Shown: one piece after another, positions 31,953 through 40,383 of the stretch | How positions within the stretch are numbered: the first letter of the stretch is position 1 | How the letters are laid out: each line of letters opens with the position of its first letter | Origin: an uncultured Chloroflexia bacterium | GTDB lineage: Bacteria > Chloroflexota > Limnocylindria > Limnocylindrales > CSP1-4 | Assembly: GCA_963752475.1 (NCBI GenBank) | Contig: CAVVYR010000007.1 | Span: 256,001 to 320,000 of the forward strand | DNA: 64,000 nucleotides | Reading direction: 5' to 3' | Notes under the pieces: generated by a model | The model's input: only the letters and a program-made list of their open reading frames with translations | Told to the model about the DNA's origin: nothing | Databases searched by the model: none | Program-made: the position numbers and the translations under genes

Positions 31953-33760
31953 TGGCCGGTATCGAGACCCGACCGCACGACGTCCTCATCATCGGCGCCG
32001 GCGGCGCCGGCCTGCGTGCCGCGGTCGCCTGTATCGAGGCCGGCCTGTCCGTGGGCGTGGTGTGCAAGTCGCTGCTGGGCAAGGCCCACACGGTCATGGC
32101 CGAGGGCGGCATGGCCGCCTCGCTGGCCCACGTCGACGATCGCGACGGCTGGACCACCCACTTCCGCGACACGATGGTCGGCGGCTACCGGCTGAACAAC
32201 CCGCGCATGGCCGAGCTCCACGCCAAGGAGGCGCCCGACCGCGTCCGCGAGCTCGAGGAGTGGGGCGCCGTCTTCGACCGCACCCGCGACGGTCGGATCC
32301 TGCAGCGGCCCTTCGGCGGCCACACCTACCCGCGCCTCGCGCACGTCGGCGATCGCACCGGCCTCGAGCTCATCCGCACGCTGCAGGACCGCAGCGTGGC
32401 CGTGGGCGCACAGGTCTACCAGGAGGTCATCATCACCCGCCTCTCGATGAAGGACGGGAAGGTGAACGGTGCCATCGGCTACAGCCGCATCGACGGCGAG
32501 CCCATGGCCTTCCCGGCCAAAGCCGTCGTGCTCGCCTCGGGCGGTGTCGGCCGCGCCTTCGCCGTGACCTCGAACTCGTGGGAGTCCTCGGGCGACGGCC
32601 AGGGCCTGGCCTATCGCGCCGGCGCCGAGTTCATCGACATGGAGTTCGTCCAATTCCACCCCACCGGCATGGTCCACCCCGCGGGCGTCAAGGGCCTGCT
32701 CGTGACCGAGGCCGTGCGCGGCGAGGGCGGCATCCTGCGCAACTCCGAGGGGGTGCGCTTCATGTGGGACTACCTGCCTGAAGCCCGCCGCGACGAGTAC
32801 GCCGCCACCGACGAAGAGGCACGTGCCTGGGTCGACGACCTGACCGAGGGCCGTCAGAGCCAGCACCGCCGTCCGCCCGAGCTGTCCACCCGTGACAACG
32901 TGGCTCGTGCCATCTACACCGAGGTCAAGGAGGGCCGCGGCTCACCCCACGGCGGTGTGTTCCTGGACATCAGCTACCTGCCGGCCGAGCGCGTACGGGC
33001 CAAGCTGCCCTCGATGTACGAGCAGTTCAAGGAGCTGGCCGACGTCGACATCACCGCCGGGCCGATGGAGGTCGGGCCGACGATGCACTACATCATGGGC
33101 GGCATCAAGGTCGACGCCGAGGTCGGCCAGACCACGACCCCCGGCCTCTATGCCGCGGGCGAGGTCGCGGCCGGGCTCCACGGCTCGAACCGCCTCGGTG
33201 GCAACTCGCTGACCGACCTGCTCGTCTTCGGGCGGCGCGCCGGCGAGGCAGCCTCGGAGGCCGCAGCATCCACCACGGCCATGCCGGACTTCGAGCAGGC
33301 CTTCATCGACGAGTCGGTCGAGGCCATGTTCGCGCCCTTCGAGCGCGAGACCGGCGAGGATCCCAACGTGCTCCATGCCGAGCTGCAGCAGACGATGTCG
33401 TCGCTGGTCGGCATCTTCCGGCTGGAGTCGGACCTGGAGCAGGCGCTCGAGCGCATCGAGGGCTACAAGGCGCGCTGGGACGGCCTGCGGGTCACCGGGC
33501 CACGCCGCTTCAACCCCGCCTGGGACCTCGTCTTCGAGCTACGCAACATGCTCGTCGTGTCGGAGGCCATCGCGCGCTCGGCCCTGGAGCGGCAGGAGAG
33601 CCGTGGTGCGCATTCGCGCCTCGACTTCGTCGGCCCGCAGGAGGGCTGGGACCAGGTCAACGTGCACACCCATCGAGACGGCGACGACATGGTCGTGGAG
33701 CAGCGACCGGTCGTGGAGCTCCCCGAGGAGCTGGCCGAGCACTTCGTGAAGAAGGCGTAG
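31952..33760 (+). CDS. sdhA: succinate dehydrogenase/fumarate reductase flavoprotein
   Basis: GAGGAG, AHTVMAEGG, QFHPTG, TEAVRGEGG, HYIMGG, HGSNRLGGNSL and ESRGAH. Confidence 0.95.
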   Translation: MAGIETRPHDVLIIGAGGAGLRAAVACIEAGLSVGVVCKSLLGKAHTVMAEGGMAASLAHVDDRDGWTTHFRDTMVGGYRLNNPRMAELHAKEAPDRVRELEEWGAVFDRTRDGRILQRPFGGHTYPRLAHVGDRTGLELIRTLQDRSVAVGAQVYQEVIITRLSMKDGKVNGAIGYSRIDGEPMAFPAKAVVLASGGVGRAFAVTSNSWESSGDGQGLAYRAGAEFIDMEFVQFHPTGMVHPAGVKGLLVTEAVRGEGGILRNSEGVRFMWDYLPEARRDEYAATDEEARAWVDDLTEGRQSQHRRPPELSTRDNVARAIYTEVKEGRGSPHGGVFLDISYLPAERVRAKLPSMYEQFKELADVDITAGPMEVGPTMHYIMGGIKVDAEVGQTTTPGLYAAGEVAAGLHGSNRLGGNSLTDLLVFGRRAGEAASEAAASTTAMPDFEQAFIDESVEAMFAPFERETGEDPNVLHAELQQTMSSLVGIFRLESDLEQALERIEGYKARWDGLRVTGPRRFNPAWDLVFELRNMLVVSEAIARSALERQESRGAHSRLDFVGPQEGWDQVNVHTHRDGDDMVVEQRPVVELPEELAEHFVKKA

Positions 33761-33763
33761 CGC

Positions 33764-34591
33764 ATGGCAGATCAGGCGAAGCTCTGGGTCAACCGGGGCG
33801 AGGAGAACGACGAGGGCGAGTTCTTCGAGTACGTGGTGCCGGCGGGGGAGGGCATGGTCGTCCTCGACGCCATCCACTGGATCCAGCAGAACGTCGAGCC
33901 GGACCTGGCCGCCCGCTGGAACTGCAAGGCCGCCAAGTGCGGCTCGTGCTCGGCGGAGATCAACGGCAAGCCGGGCTTGATGTGCAAGACGCGCCTGTCG
34001 GACTTCGAGGAGGGCGAGGCCATCACGGTCGAACCCATGCGCACGTTCCCGCGCATCCGCGACCTCGTCACGGACGTGTCCTGGAACTACTCCATCAACG
34101 CCAAGCTGACGCCGTTCACGCCTCCCGCTGCTCCGCAATCCGAATGGCGCTGGCAGCAGGAGGACGGCGAGCGGAGCCAGGAGTTCCGCAAGTGCATCGA
34201 GTGCTTCCTGTGCATGGACACGTGCCACGTGCTGCGCAACCACGAGACCGACTTCGAGTTCTTCGGGCCGCGGTTCCTGGTTCGAGCCGCGTCGCTCGAG
34301 ATGCATCCGCTCGACCAGGCCGATCGGAAGGAACAGCTCAAGTACGACGGTGGCATCGGGTACTGCAACATCAACAAGTGCTGCACCGAGGTCTGCCCCG
34401 AGCACATCAAGATCACCGACAACGCCATCATCCCGCTCAAGGAGCGGGTGGCCGACGACTACTACGACCCCATCCGCTGGCTCTGGAACAAGATCCGCGG
34501 CGGTCGCTATGGGTCCTCGGCCGATGGTGCGGGCATCGAGGTCAGCGACGAGGCGAAGGCACTCGACGAGAAGCCTGGCTCCGACGACTAG
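33764..34591 (+). CDS. sdhB: succinate dehydrogenase/fumarate reductase Fe-S subunit
   Basis: CKAAKCGSC, CIECFLCMDTC and CNINKCCTEVCP. Confidence 0.95.
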   Translation: MADQAKLWVNRGEENDEGEFFEYVVPAGEGMVVLDAIHWIQQNVEPDLAARWNCKAAKCGSCSAEINGKPGLMCKTRLSDFEEGEAITVEPMRTFPRIRDLVTDVSWNYSINAKLTPFTPPAAPQSEWRWQQEDGERSQEFRKCIECFLCMDTCHVLRNHETDFEFFGPRFLVRAASLEMHPLDQADRKEQLKYDGGIGYCNINKCCTEVCPEHIKITDNAIIPLKERVADDYYDPIRWLWNKIRGGRYGSSADGAGIEVSDEAKALDEKPGSDD

Positions 34592-35056
34592 ATGGCCGAC
34601 CGACTCCTGATCCGCACCGACGGTGCGTCGCGCTCCAACCCCGGGCCGGCTTCGGCTGGCGCCGTACTCATCGACGCGGCCCTGCCCAACGCGACGGCGG
34701 TGGACGCGCCGGTGCTGTCGGTGGTCTCGCGACCGCTGGGGGTCCAGACCAACAACGTGGCCGAGTACACCGCGCTCGTGCTGGCGCTGCGTGAGGCGCA
34801 GCGACTGGGTGCCTCATCCATCGACCTGCGCCTGGACTCGAAGCTCATCGTGGAGCAGCTGCACGGCCGCTGGCGGGTGAAGGACGCCAAGATGCGCGAG
34901 TTCTGGACGGAGGCGAAGTCACTGCTGGCGGGTTTCGACTCGTGGGACGCGACGCATGAGCCACGCGCCACCAACAAGGCTGCCGATGCGCTGGCCAACC
35001 TGGCCCTGGACGATCCTGCCGCCGCCGCCGAGCTGGAGGCCAAGTACCGGGAGTAG
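34592..35056 (+). CDS. rnhA: ribonuclease HI family protein
   Basis: TDGASRSNPG, TNNVAEY, DSKL and NKAADALAN. Confidence 0.92.
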   Translation: MADRLLIRTDGASRSNPGPASAGAVLIDAALPNATAVDAPVLSVVSRPLGVQTNNVAEYTALVLALREAQRLGASSIDLRLDSKLIVEQLHGRWRVKDAKMREFWTEAKSLLAGFDSWDATHEPRATNKAADALANLALDDPAAAAELEAKYRE

Positions 35057-35404
35057 GGCATGGGCCTGCCGCAACGGTGGCCGTGGTCGGCAACAGCGGC
35101 TCGCGGCCTATCACCGCCGAGTGACGCGCGGTCCTGCCGGTTTGCGTGGGGCGGGCATTGGGCGTGGCCGCGAAACCGTGGCGAGAGCGCTGTGCGCCGA
35201 GCGAGCAAACTCGACCCGTCTGCCCTCGTTCTTGCTGGTCTCGTGCACGTGGCGTGCGGCGATGACGTTCGTGCTCGTGGGGCGGGCAGGATCAGCAGAT
35301 TCCGGGTCAGGCTGGTCGAGATCGTCTGCGGGGTGCACATCGTGGCCGGGACGGGCCGAGCAGGCCGCCTGCCGTGCACGGGCGCTGGTGGTAGAGTCCG
35401 TCGG

Positions 35405-35742
35405 CCAGTGAGGTGGCCGGATGGTCGCGTGTGGCGGGGCGACCCGTCACCCGAGGAAAGTCCGAGCACCACGACGCAGGGTAGCGGGTAACTCCCGTCC
35501 GCCGCGAGGCGCGGACCAGCGCCACAGAGACGAGTCGGTTCGGCTTCGGCCGGCCGGGTGAAACGGGCAAGCTCTACCTGGTGCAAGGCCAAATAGGAGG
35601 GCATGTGCCGGCGAAAGCCGCACAGGGGTGCGTCGCCCTGCCTTCGGGTCGGCTGCAAGAGGCGTCGGGCAACCGGCGTCCCAGATGGATGACCATCCCC
35701 GCGCGAGCGGGACAGAACTCGGCTTACAGGCCACCTCGCTGG
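35405..35742 (+). ncRNA. rnpB: RNase P RNA (type A)
   Basis: GAGGAAAGTCC, AGCGCCACAGAGA, GGGTGAAACG, GCAAGGCCAAATAG and ACAGAACTCGGCTTA; P1 helix ccagtgaggtggcc/ggccacctcgctgg. Confidence 0.97.
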
Positions 35743-35836
35743 TGTCACTTCGGGCGTCGTCATCGACTCGTCGCACGAACGTCGCAGATTCGTTCCATCT
35801 ACCCCAAACGCCCCGACCCTCATGAGGTAAACCCCG

Positions 35837-36757
35837 ATGCGATCCACTACTTCCGCGCTGACAGCCAGCTTCCTGCTCGTGGCCCTCGCCGTCCCCGCGG
35901 CGGCGCAGGACGCAGCCCTCGACCGGATCGAGATGCCGAACGCCTGGGAGCCCGAAGGCATCACCACCGACGGCGAGTCCCTCTTCGCCGGCTCACTGGC
36001 CAACGGTGCCATCCTCGTGGCCGATCCGGAGACTGGCGCGACGGAGGTACTCATCGAGGGCGCTGAGGGCGACATCGTCGCCGGGCTCGACCATGACGGC
36101 GCCGGTCGGCTCTGGACCGCCGGCGCGACCACTGGTGAGGTCCGTGCCTATGATGCCGCGAGCGGCGAGCTGCTGGCGTCCTATCCCTTCGAGTCCGGTT
36201 TCCTCAACGACGTCGCGGTGACGCAAGACGCGGTGTACGTCAGCGACTCCTTCGTGCCGCAGGTAGCGGTCATCCCGTTGGGCGAGGATGGCGCGCTGCC
36301 GGACCCGGCCGACGCCTTCACCCTGCCCATCAGCGGTGACCTCGAATACGGCGAAGGCTTCAACGCGAACGGCATCGTCGCCGCTCCCGCCGGGCTCGTG
36401 CTCGTGCACTCGGGCCAGGGCCAGCTCTACCGCGTGGACCCTGAGACCGGCGAATCGAGCCTCATCGACACCGGCGACGCGGATCTCACCGCCGGCGACG
36501 GCCTCGAGCTCGTCGACCAGACGCTCTACGTCATGCGCAACCGCGCTGGAGAGATCGTGGCGGTCGAGCTGGACGCCGAGCTGACGACCGGCATGGTCAC
36601 CGGCTCTGCGACCTCCGATGACTTCGCGGTGCCCACCACCGTGGCAGCGCTCGGCGACGACCTGTGGGTCGTCAACGCACGATTCGGTATCGAGGTGACG
36701 CCCGAAACGTCCTACTGGATGAGCCGGGTCGACGTGCCCGCCCCGACCGACGGCTAG
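35837..36757 (+). CDS. secreted SMP-30/gluconolactonase-like beta-propeller protein
   Basis: Signal peptide; PEGI, FLNDV, NANGI, GDGL and PTT blades. Confidence 0.8.
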   Translation: MRSTTSALTASFLLVALAVPAAAQDAALDRIEMPNAWEPEGITTDGESLFAGSLANGAILVADPETGATEVLIEGAEGDIVAGLDHDGAGRLWTAGATTGEVRAYDAASGELLASYPFESGFLNDVAVTQDAVYVSDSFVPQVAVIPLGEDGALPDPADAFTLPISGDLEYGEGFNANGIVAAPAGLVLVHSGQGQLYRVDPETGESSLIDTGDADLTAGDGLELVDQTLYVMRNRAGEIVAVELDAELTTGMVTGSATSDDFAVPTTVAALGDDLWVVNARFGIEVTPETSYWMSRVDVPAPTDG

Positions 36758-36880
36758 GCCCACCTCCGGATGGGCCCACGTCCGGATCATCGGTCCACCG
36801 CGGCGCTCAGCAGTGCCGCTAGACTTCAGCGCCCAGGCACCACCCGAGGTGCCAACACACGAGAAGGAGTCGTCGAACTC

Positions 36881-37570
36881 ATGACCAACCCCCGCAGGCG
36901 CATGGCCGCCGTCGCCGGCAGCATGGCCCTCTCGATGTCGCTGGCGCTGGCTCCGGCGGCGATGGCGCAGGACGGCCCTGAGGCCACCATCGAGAGCTTC
37001 CTCGACGCTGTCGCCGCCAAGGACTTCGAAGCCCTCCCTGGTTTCTTCTGCGAGGAACAGGCCGGGCAGGCAGCCAACTTCGATATCGCCGCCGCCGCCG
37101 GCGAGATGCCCGACGGGATCGACGTCCAGTCCCTGCTGGATGCTGTGGTCTTTGATGTCACGCTCGACTCGCTCGAGGTCATCAGCGAGTCCGAGACCGA
37201 GGCCGTCGTGCGCGTCGCAGGCAGCATGGCCATGGATCTCGACCAGGATGCGCTCGTACCCTTCGTCGAAGTCATCATCGAGATGAGTGGCATGGAGGCC
37301 GACGAGGCCACGCTGGCGATGTTCATGGACATCGTCGCGTCCGAGTTCGAGGCTGAGGCCCAGGACCTCGACGGCGACGTCACCCTCGTCCCCGGCGATG
37401 CCGGCTGGGTCATCTGCAGCGACCTCGACTTCGGGGGCGACGACATGATGGAAGAGGACATGGCCGACGACTCCGTGGACGACGAGATGTCCGATGACAT
37501 GAGCGACGACGACATGGCCGAGGAGGGCATGGAAGACGACGACATGGCCGAGGAGGACGACGGCGAGTAG
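36881..37570 (+). CDS. secreted acidic protein with Met/Asp-rich tail
   Basis: AAGGAG RBS, signal peptide, two Cys and C-terminal DDM repeats. Confidence 0.8.
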   Translation: MTNPRRRMAAVAGSMALSMSLALAPAAMAQDGPEATIESFLDAVAAKDFEALPGFFCEEQAGQAANFDIAAAAGEMPDGIDVQSLLDAVVFDVTLDSLEVISESETEAVVRVAGSMAMDLDQDALVPFVEVIIEMSGMEADEATLAMFMDIVASEFEAEAQDLDGDVTLVPGDAGWVICSDLDFGGDDMMEEDMADDSVDDEMSDDMSDDDMAEEGMEDDDMAEEDDGE

Positions 37571-37610
37571 GCCGCCTCTTGCCGGCCACTCAGCCGGCAC
37601 CAGACGAAGC

Positions 37611-37639
37611 GACGCCCGTCCCTGCAAGGGGCGGGCGTC
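37611..37639. terminator. GC-rich hairpin between convergent genes
   Basis: gacgcccgtccct-gca-aggggcgggcgtc; no U tract. Confidence 0.55.
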
Positions 37640-37668
37640 CTGCTGTCCGTGGGTCGAAGTGGGTTCGG

Positions 37669-38007
37669 CTAGTCCTCGTCGGGACGGAAGATGCCCGTGG
37701 CGGTGCAGGCCTCGCACACGCCGCGGGCCTCGCCGACGTCACCCAGGGCTAGCGGCTCGTCGGTGCCGTAGAGGCACATGACCTCATAGCTCGTTCGCTG
37801 CGGGCGGCCGGGCAGGGCCGAGACCTGGTCGATGCGTCGGAAGGTGCAGCGGCGTAGACGACCGACCGGTGTCACTGACTCGGGCGCGGGCGCGTCGCCG
37901 AGTGGCACCGGGACACCGATCTCGGGCGCGGGTGGGCGCACCACGGGGCTGGTCGGCATGGGGGCGATGGCATCGAGGGCGCCGGGTCGGCGCCGAGCGA
38001 TCGTCAC
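37669..38007 (-). CDS. small 4-Cys hypothetical protein divergent from mraZ
   Basis: GTG with AGAGGA RBS; Pro-rich N-terminus, then RRCTFRR...MCLY...CEAC. Confidence 0.7.
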   Translation of the reverse strand: MTIARRRPGALDAIAPMPTSPVVRPPAPEIGVPVPLGDAPAPESVTPVGRLRRCTFRRIDQVSALPGRPQRTSYEVMCLYGTDEPLALGDVGEARGVCEACTATGIFRPDED

Positions 38008-38166
38008 TGGCAGGTCCTCTGCAGTCGGCTGGGAATCCGAACCTAGGCCAGTGGAACCGCTCCCACCATGACCGATAGGTACCCCGGCAAGAACCACCGG
38101 AATCACCCCGGGCCCACGTTTCCTCGATGAATTCGTGACGGTGGGCCGATTTCTGCGAAACGACCC

Positions 38167-38230
38167 TTGACGAGGCCCACGGATTGGGTATGATGCCCAT
38201 CCAAGTGGCACAAAGTGGTGCAAAGTGGGG
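38167..38230 (+). promoter_or_regulatory. dcw sigma70 promoter plus MraZ-binding repeats
   Basis: TTGACG-N16-TATGAT, followed by three AAGTGG repeats at 10-bp period (GTGG at 38205, 38215 and 38225). Confidence 0.85.
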
Positions 38231-38376
38231 AAGAAGGGAGAACCGGGGACGTAGAACCACCGCCGTGGTGGGGAAGACGGACCAGGGAAACCAGCTTCAC
38301 CGTCAGTGAGGGAGTCGGGAGAGACCCGGCCACTGAAGCGTCGTCGATGTCACTAGTCGGAGCCAGCCCAAGCCCC

Positions 38377-38805
38377 GTGTTCACTGGTGAGTATCGACAC
38401 ACGGTCGACGACAAGGGACGTCTCGCGATCCCGACGCGTCTCCGTGCGCAGCTCGCCGAGGGCGGTCAGGTCAGCGCCTGGATGGATGGGTGCGTCGCAC
38501 TCCATCCGAAGGACGAGTGGGAGCAGATGACCTCCAAGGTCGATGCCCTTCCGTTCACCGCCGAACCGGCACGGAAGCTACGGCGCTTGCTCTATGGCTC
38601 GGCCTACGAGGCCAAGCTCGATCGACAGGGCCGGTTCGTCCTGCCGCAGAAGCTTCGCGAATACGCGGGCATCGAGGCAGAGGTCGTCCTGGTCGGTGCG
38701 GGAAGCCGCATCGAGCTGTGGTCACCCGAGCGGTGGCGCGAGTTCAGCGAGCAGATGGATCAGCCCGAGGCTCTAGCCGAGTCGCTCGACGGGTTGGGTA
38801 TCTGA
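38377..38805 (+). CDS. mraZ: transcriptional regulator MraZ
   Basis: FTGEYRHTVDDKGRLAIP, LDRQGR and RIELW; alternative start at 38347. Confidence 0.95.
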   Translation: MFTGEYRHTVDDKGRLAIPTRLRAQLAEGGQVSAWMDGCVALHPKDEWEQMTSKVDALPFTAEPARKLRRLLYGSAYEAKLDRQGRFVLPQKLREYAGIEAEVVLVGAGSRIELWSPERWREFSEQMDQPEALAESLDGLGI

Positions 38806-38854
38806 ACCATATGAGCCTCCAGGGTCTGGATGGACCGTCGGGGCAGTCGAATCG

Positions 38855-39811
38855 GTGATGGAACAGGAAGTAGGGCACCTGCCCGTGATGCTTGAGGAGG
38901 TCATCTTGGCTCTCTCGCCGCACCCGGGCAGCTTCCAGATCGATGCGACTGTCGGCGGCGGAGGGCACGCTGTTCGGATCCTGGAGGCCGCCACACCCGG
39001 CGGCCGGCTGCTGGGCATCGACGCCGATGCTCGCGCGGTCGAACGATCCACCCGGCGACTCGCACCCTACGGCGAGCGCGCGGTCGTTAGGCAAGCTAAC
39101 TTCGAGTCGATCGCCGACGTGGCCGTCGACAACGGCTTCGAGGCCGTCGACGGAATCCTCATGGACCTGGGCGTCAGCTCCCAGCAGCTCGACGATGACG
39201 ACCGCGGTTTCAGCTTCCGCTCTGACGACGACCTGGACATGCGTTTCGACACACGCTCGGGCATCCCGGCCAGCGCGGTCGTAGCCACCTACAGCGAAGC
39301 CGAGTTGGCCGGGGTCTTCAAGCGCCACGGTGAGGAACCGCACGCACGCCGCATCGCCCGCGCCATCGTGGCCGAACGCGCGATGGAGCCCATCGAGAGC
39401 CCGGCCCGGCTGGCCGAGATCGTGACCAGGGCCACGCCGCGTCCCCGGAACCCGCGCCGGCGACGCATCCACCCTGCCACCCGCGTGTTCCAGGCACTGC
39501 GCATCGAGGTCAACCGTGAGCTCGAGACGCTGCCGGCCGCGCTGGAGAAGGCGATCGACCTGCTCAAGCCCGACGGACGCCTCTGCGTCATCAGCTACCA
39601 CTCCCTCGAGGACCGCATCGTGAAGCGCCTCCTGGCGCGGGAACGGCGCGGTTGCATCTGTCCACCCGAGTTCCCCGTGTGCGTCTGCGGCAAGGAGCCG
39701 CGCGTCGCGAACGTGGGTGCTCAGCCACAGACGCCAAGTGAGGCGGAGGTGGCGTCCAATCCCCGTGCGCGCAGCGCCAAGCTGCGGGCCGCCAGGAGGC
39801 TTCCAGCATGA
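38855..39811 (+). CDS. rsmH: 16S rRNA m4C1402 methyltransferase
   Basis: HLPVM, DATVGGGGH, DLGVSS, LDMR, FQALRIEVN, HSLEDR and RSAKLR. Confidence 0.97.
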   Translation: MMEQEVGHLPVMLEEVILALSPHPGSFQIDATVGGGGHAVRILEAATPGGRLLGIDADARAVERSTRRLAPYGERAVVRQANFESIADVAVDNGFEAVDGILMDLGVSSQQLDDDDRGFSFRSDDDLDMRFDTRSGIPASAVVATYSEAELAGVFKRHGEEPHARRIARAIVAERAMEPIESPARLAEIVTRATPRPRNPRRRRIHPATRVFQALRIEVNRELETLPAALEKAIDLLKPDGRLCVISYHSLEDRIVKRLLARERRGCICPPEFPVCVCGKEPRVANVGAQPQTPSEAEVASNPRARSAKLRAARRLPA

Positions 39812-40011
39812 GCAGCCGTCACGGCAACTCGCGGCGCCAGGCGTATGGCCGCCGCATGAAGGATCTGCGCACCCGTCGCAGCTCGGACTTCGAGGTCGAT
39901 CTCGAGGGTCCCAATGGCTGGAACCGGGGTGGATCTTGGGACAGCGACCGGTCACTCCATAGCGGCGCCCTCGACGTCGACAGCAGCAGCTCGAGCGCTC
40001 GCGCCCGCTGA
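39808..40011 (+). CDS. small hypothetical protein inserted between rsmH and ftsL
   Basis: ATGA overlap with rsmH and TGATG overlap with the next gene. Confidence 0.6.
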   Translation: MSSRHGNSRRQAYGRRMKDLRTRRSSDFEVDLEGPNGWNRGGSWDSDRSLHSGALDVDSSSSSARAR

Positions 40012-40382
40012 TGGCTGTCTACCAGGGTGCACGCCTGCGCACGAACGCACTGCCGGCGGCCGAGGCATCGGCCCGTCCGCCGCGCGCGGCTGCGCCGGCG
40101 AGCGTCGGTGCCGCCGCACGGGTCCGTCCCGTGGGCCTCCTCATGGCTGCCATCGTGGCCGCCACGATCGTGGGCATGGTGTACCTGACGCAGACTCTGG
40201 GTACCAATGCCGCCTCGACCGAGATCGATCGGCTCGAGGTGCAGCGCAACAAGCTCATCACCGAGATCAAGCGACACGAGATCGTGGCGCTGGACATGAC
40301 CCAGGCTGAGGTCGTGGAGCCCAAGGCCCGCGATCAGAAGCTCAAGCGGCTGGGCGATCCCGTCGTCCTGTCCGCGCCCTGA
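40011..40382 (+). CDS. ftsL: FtsL-like cell division protein
   Basis: Single TM followed by a coiled coil; position directly before the PBP gene. Confidence 0.65.
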   Translation: MAVYQGARLRTNALPAAEASARPPRAAAPASVGAAARVRPVGLLMAAIVAATIVGMVYLTQTLGTNAASTEIDRLEVQRNKLITEIKRHEIVALDMTQAEVVEPKARDQKLKRLGDPVVLSAP

Positions 40383-40383
40383 T

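Noticed and set aside
35060-35400. ORFs between rnhA and rnpB
   Set aside because: Poor codon bias and no recognisable motif; one ORF runs into rnpB.
38300-38345. Glycine riboswitch (GGAGAGA...CTGAAG)
   Set aside because: The downstream CTCTCAGG element and second aptamer are missing, and the gene context does not fit.
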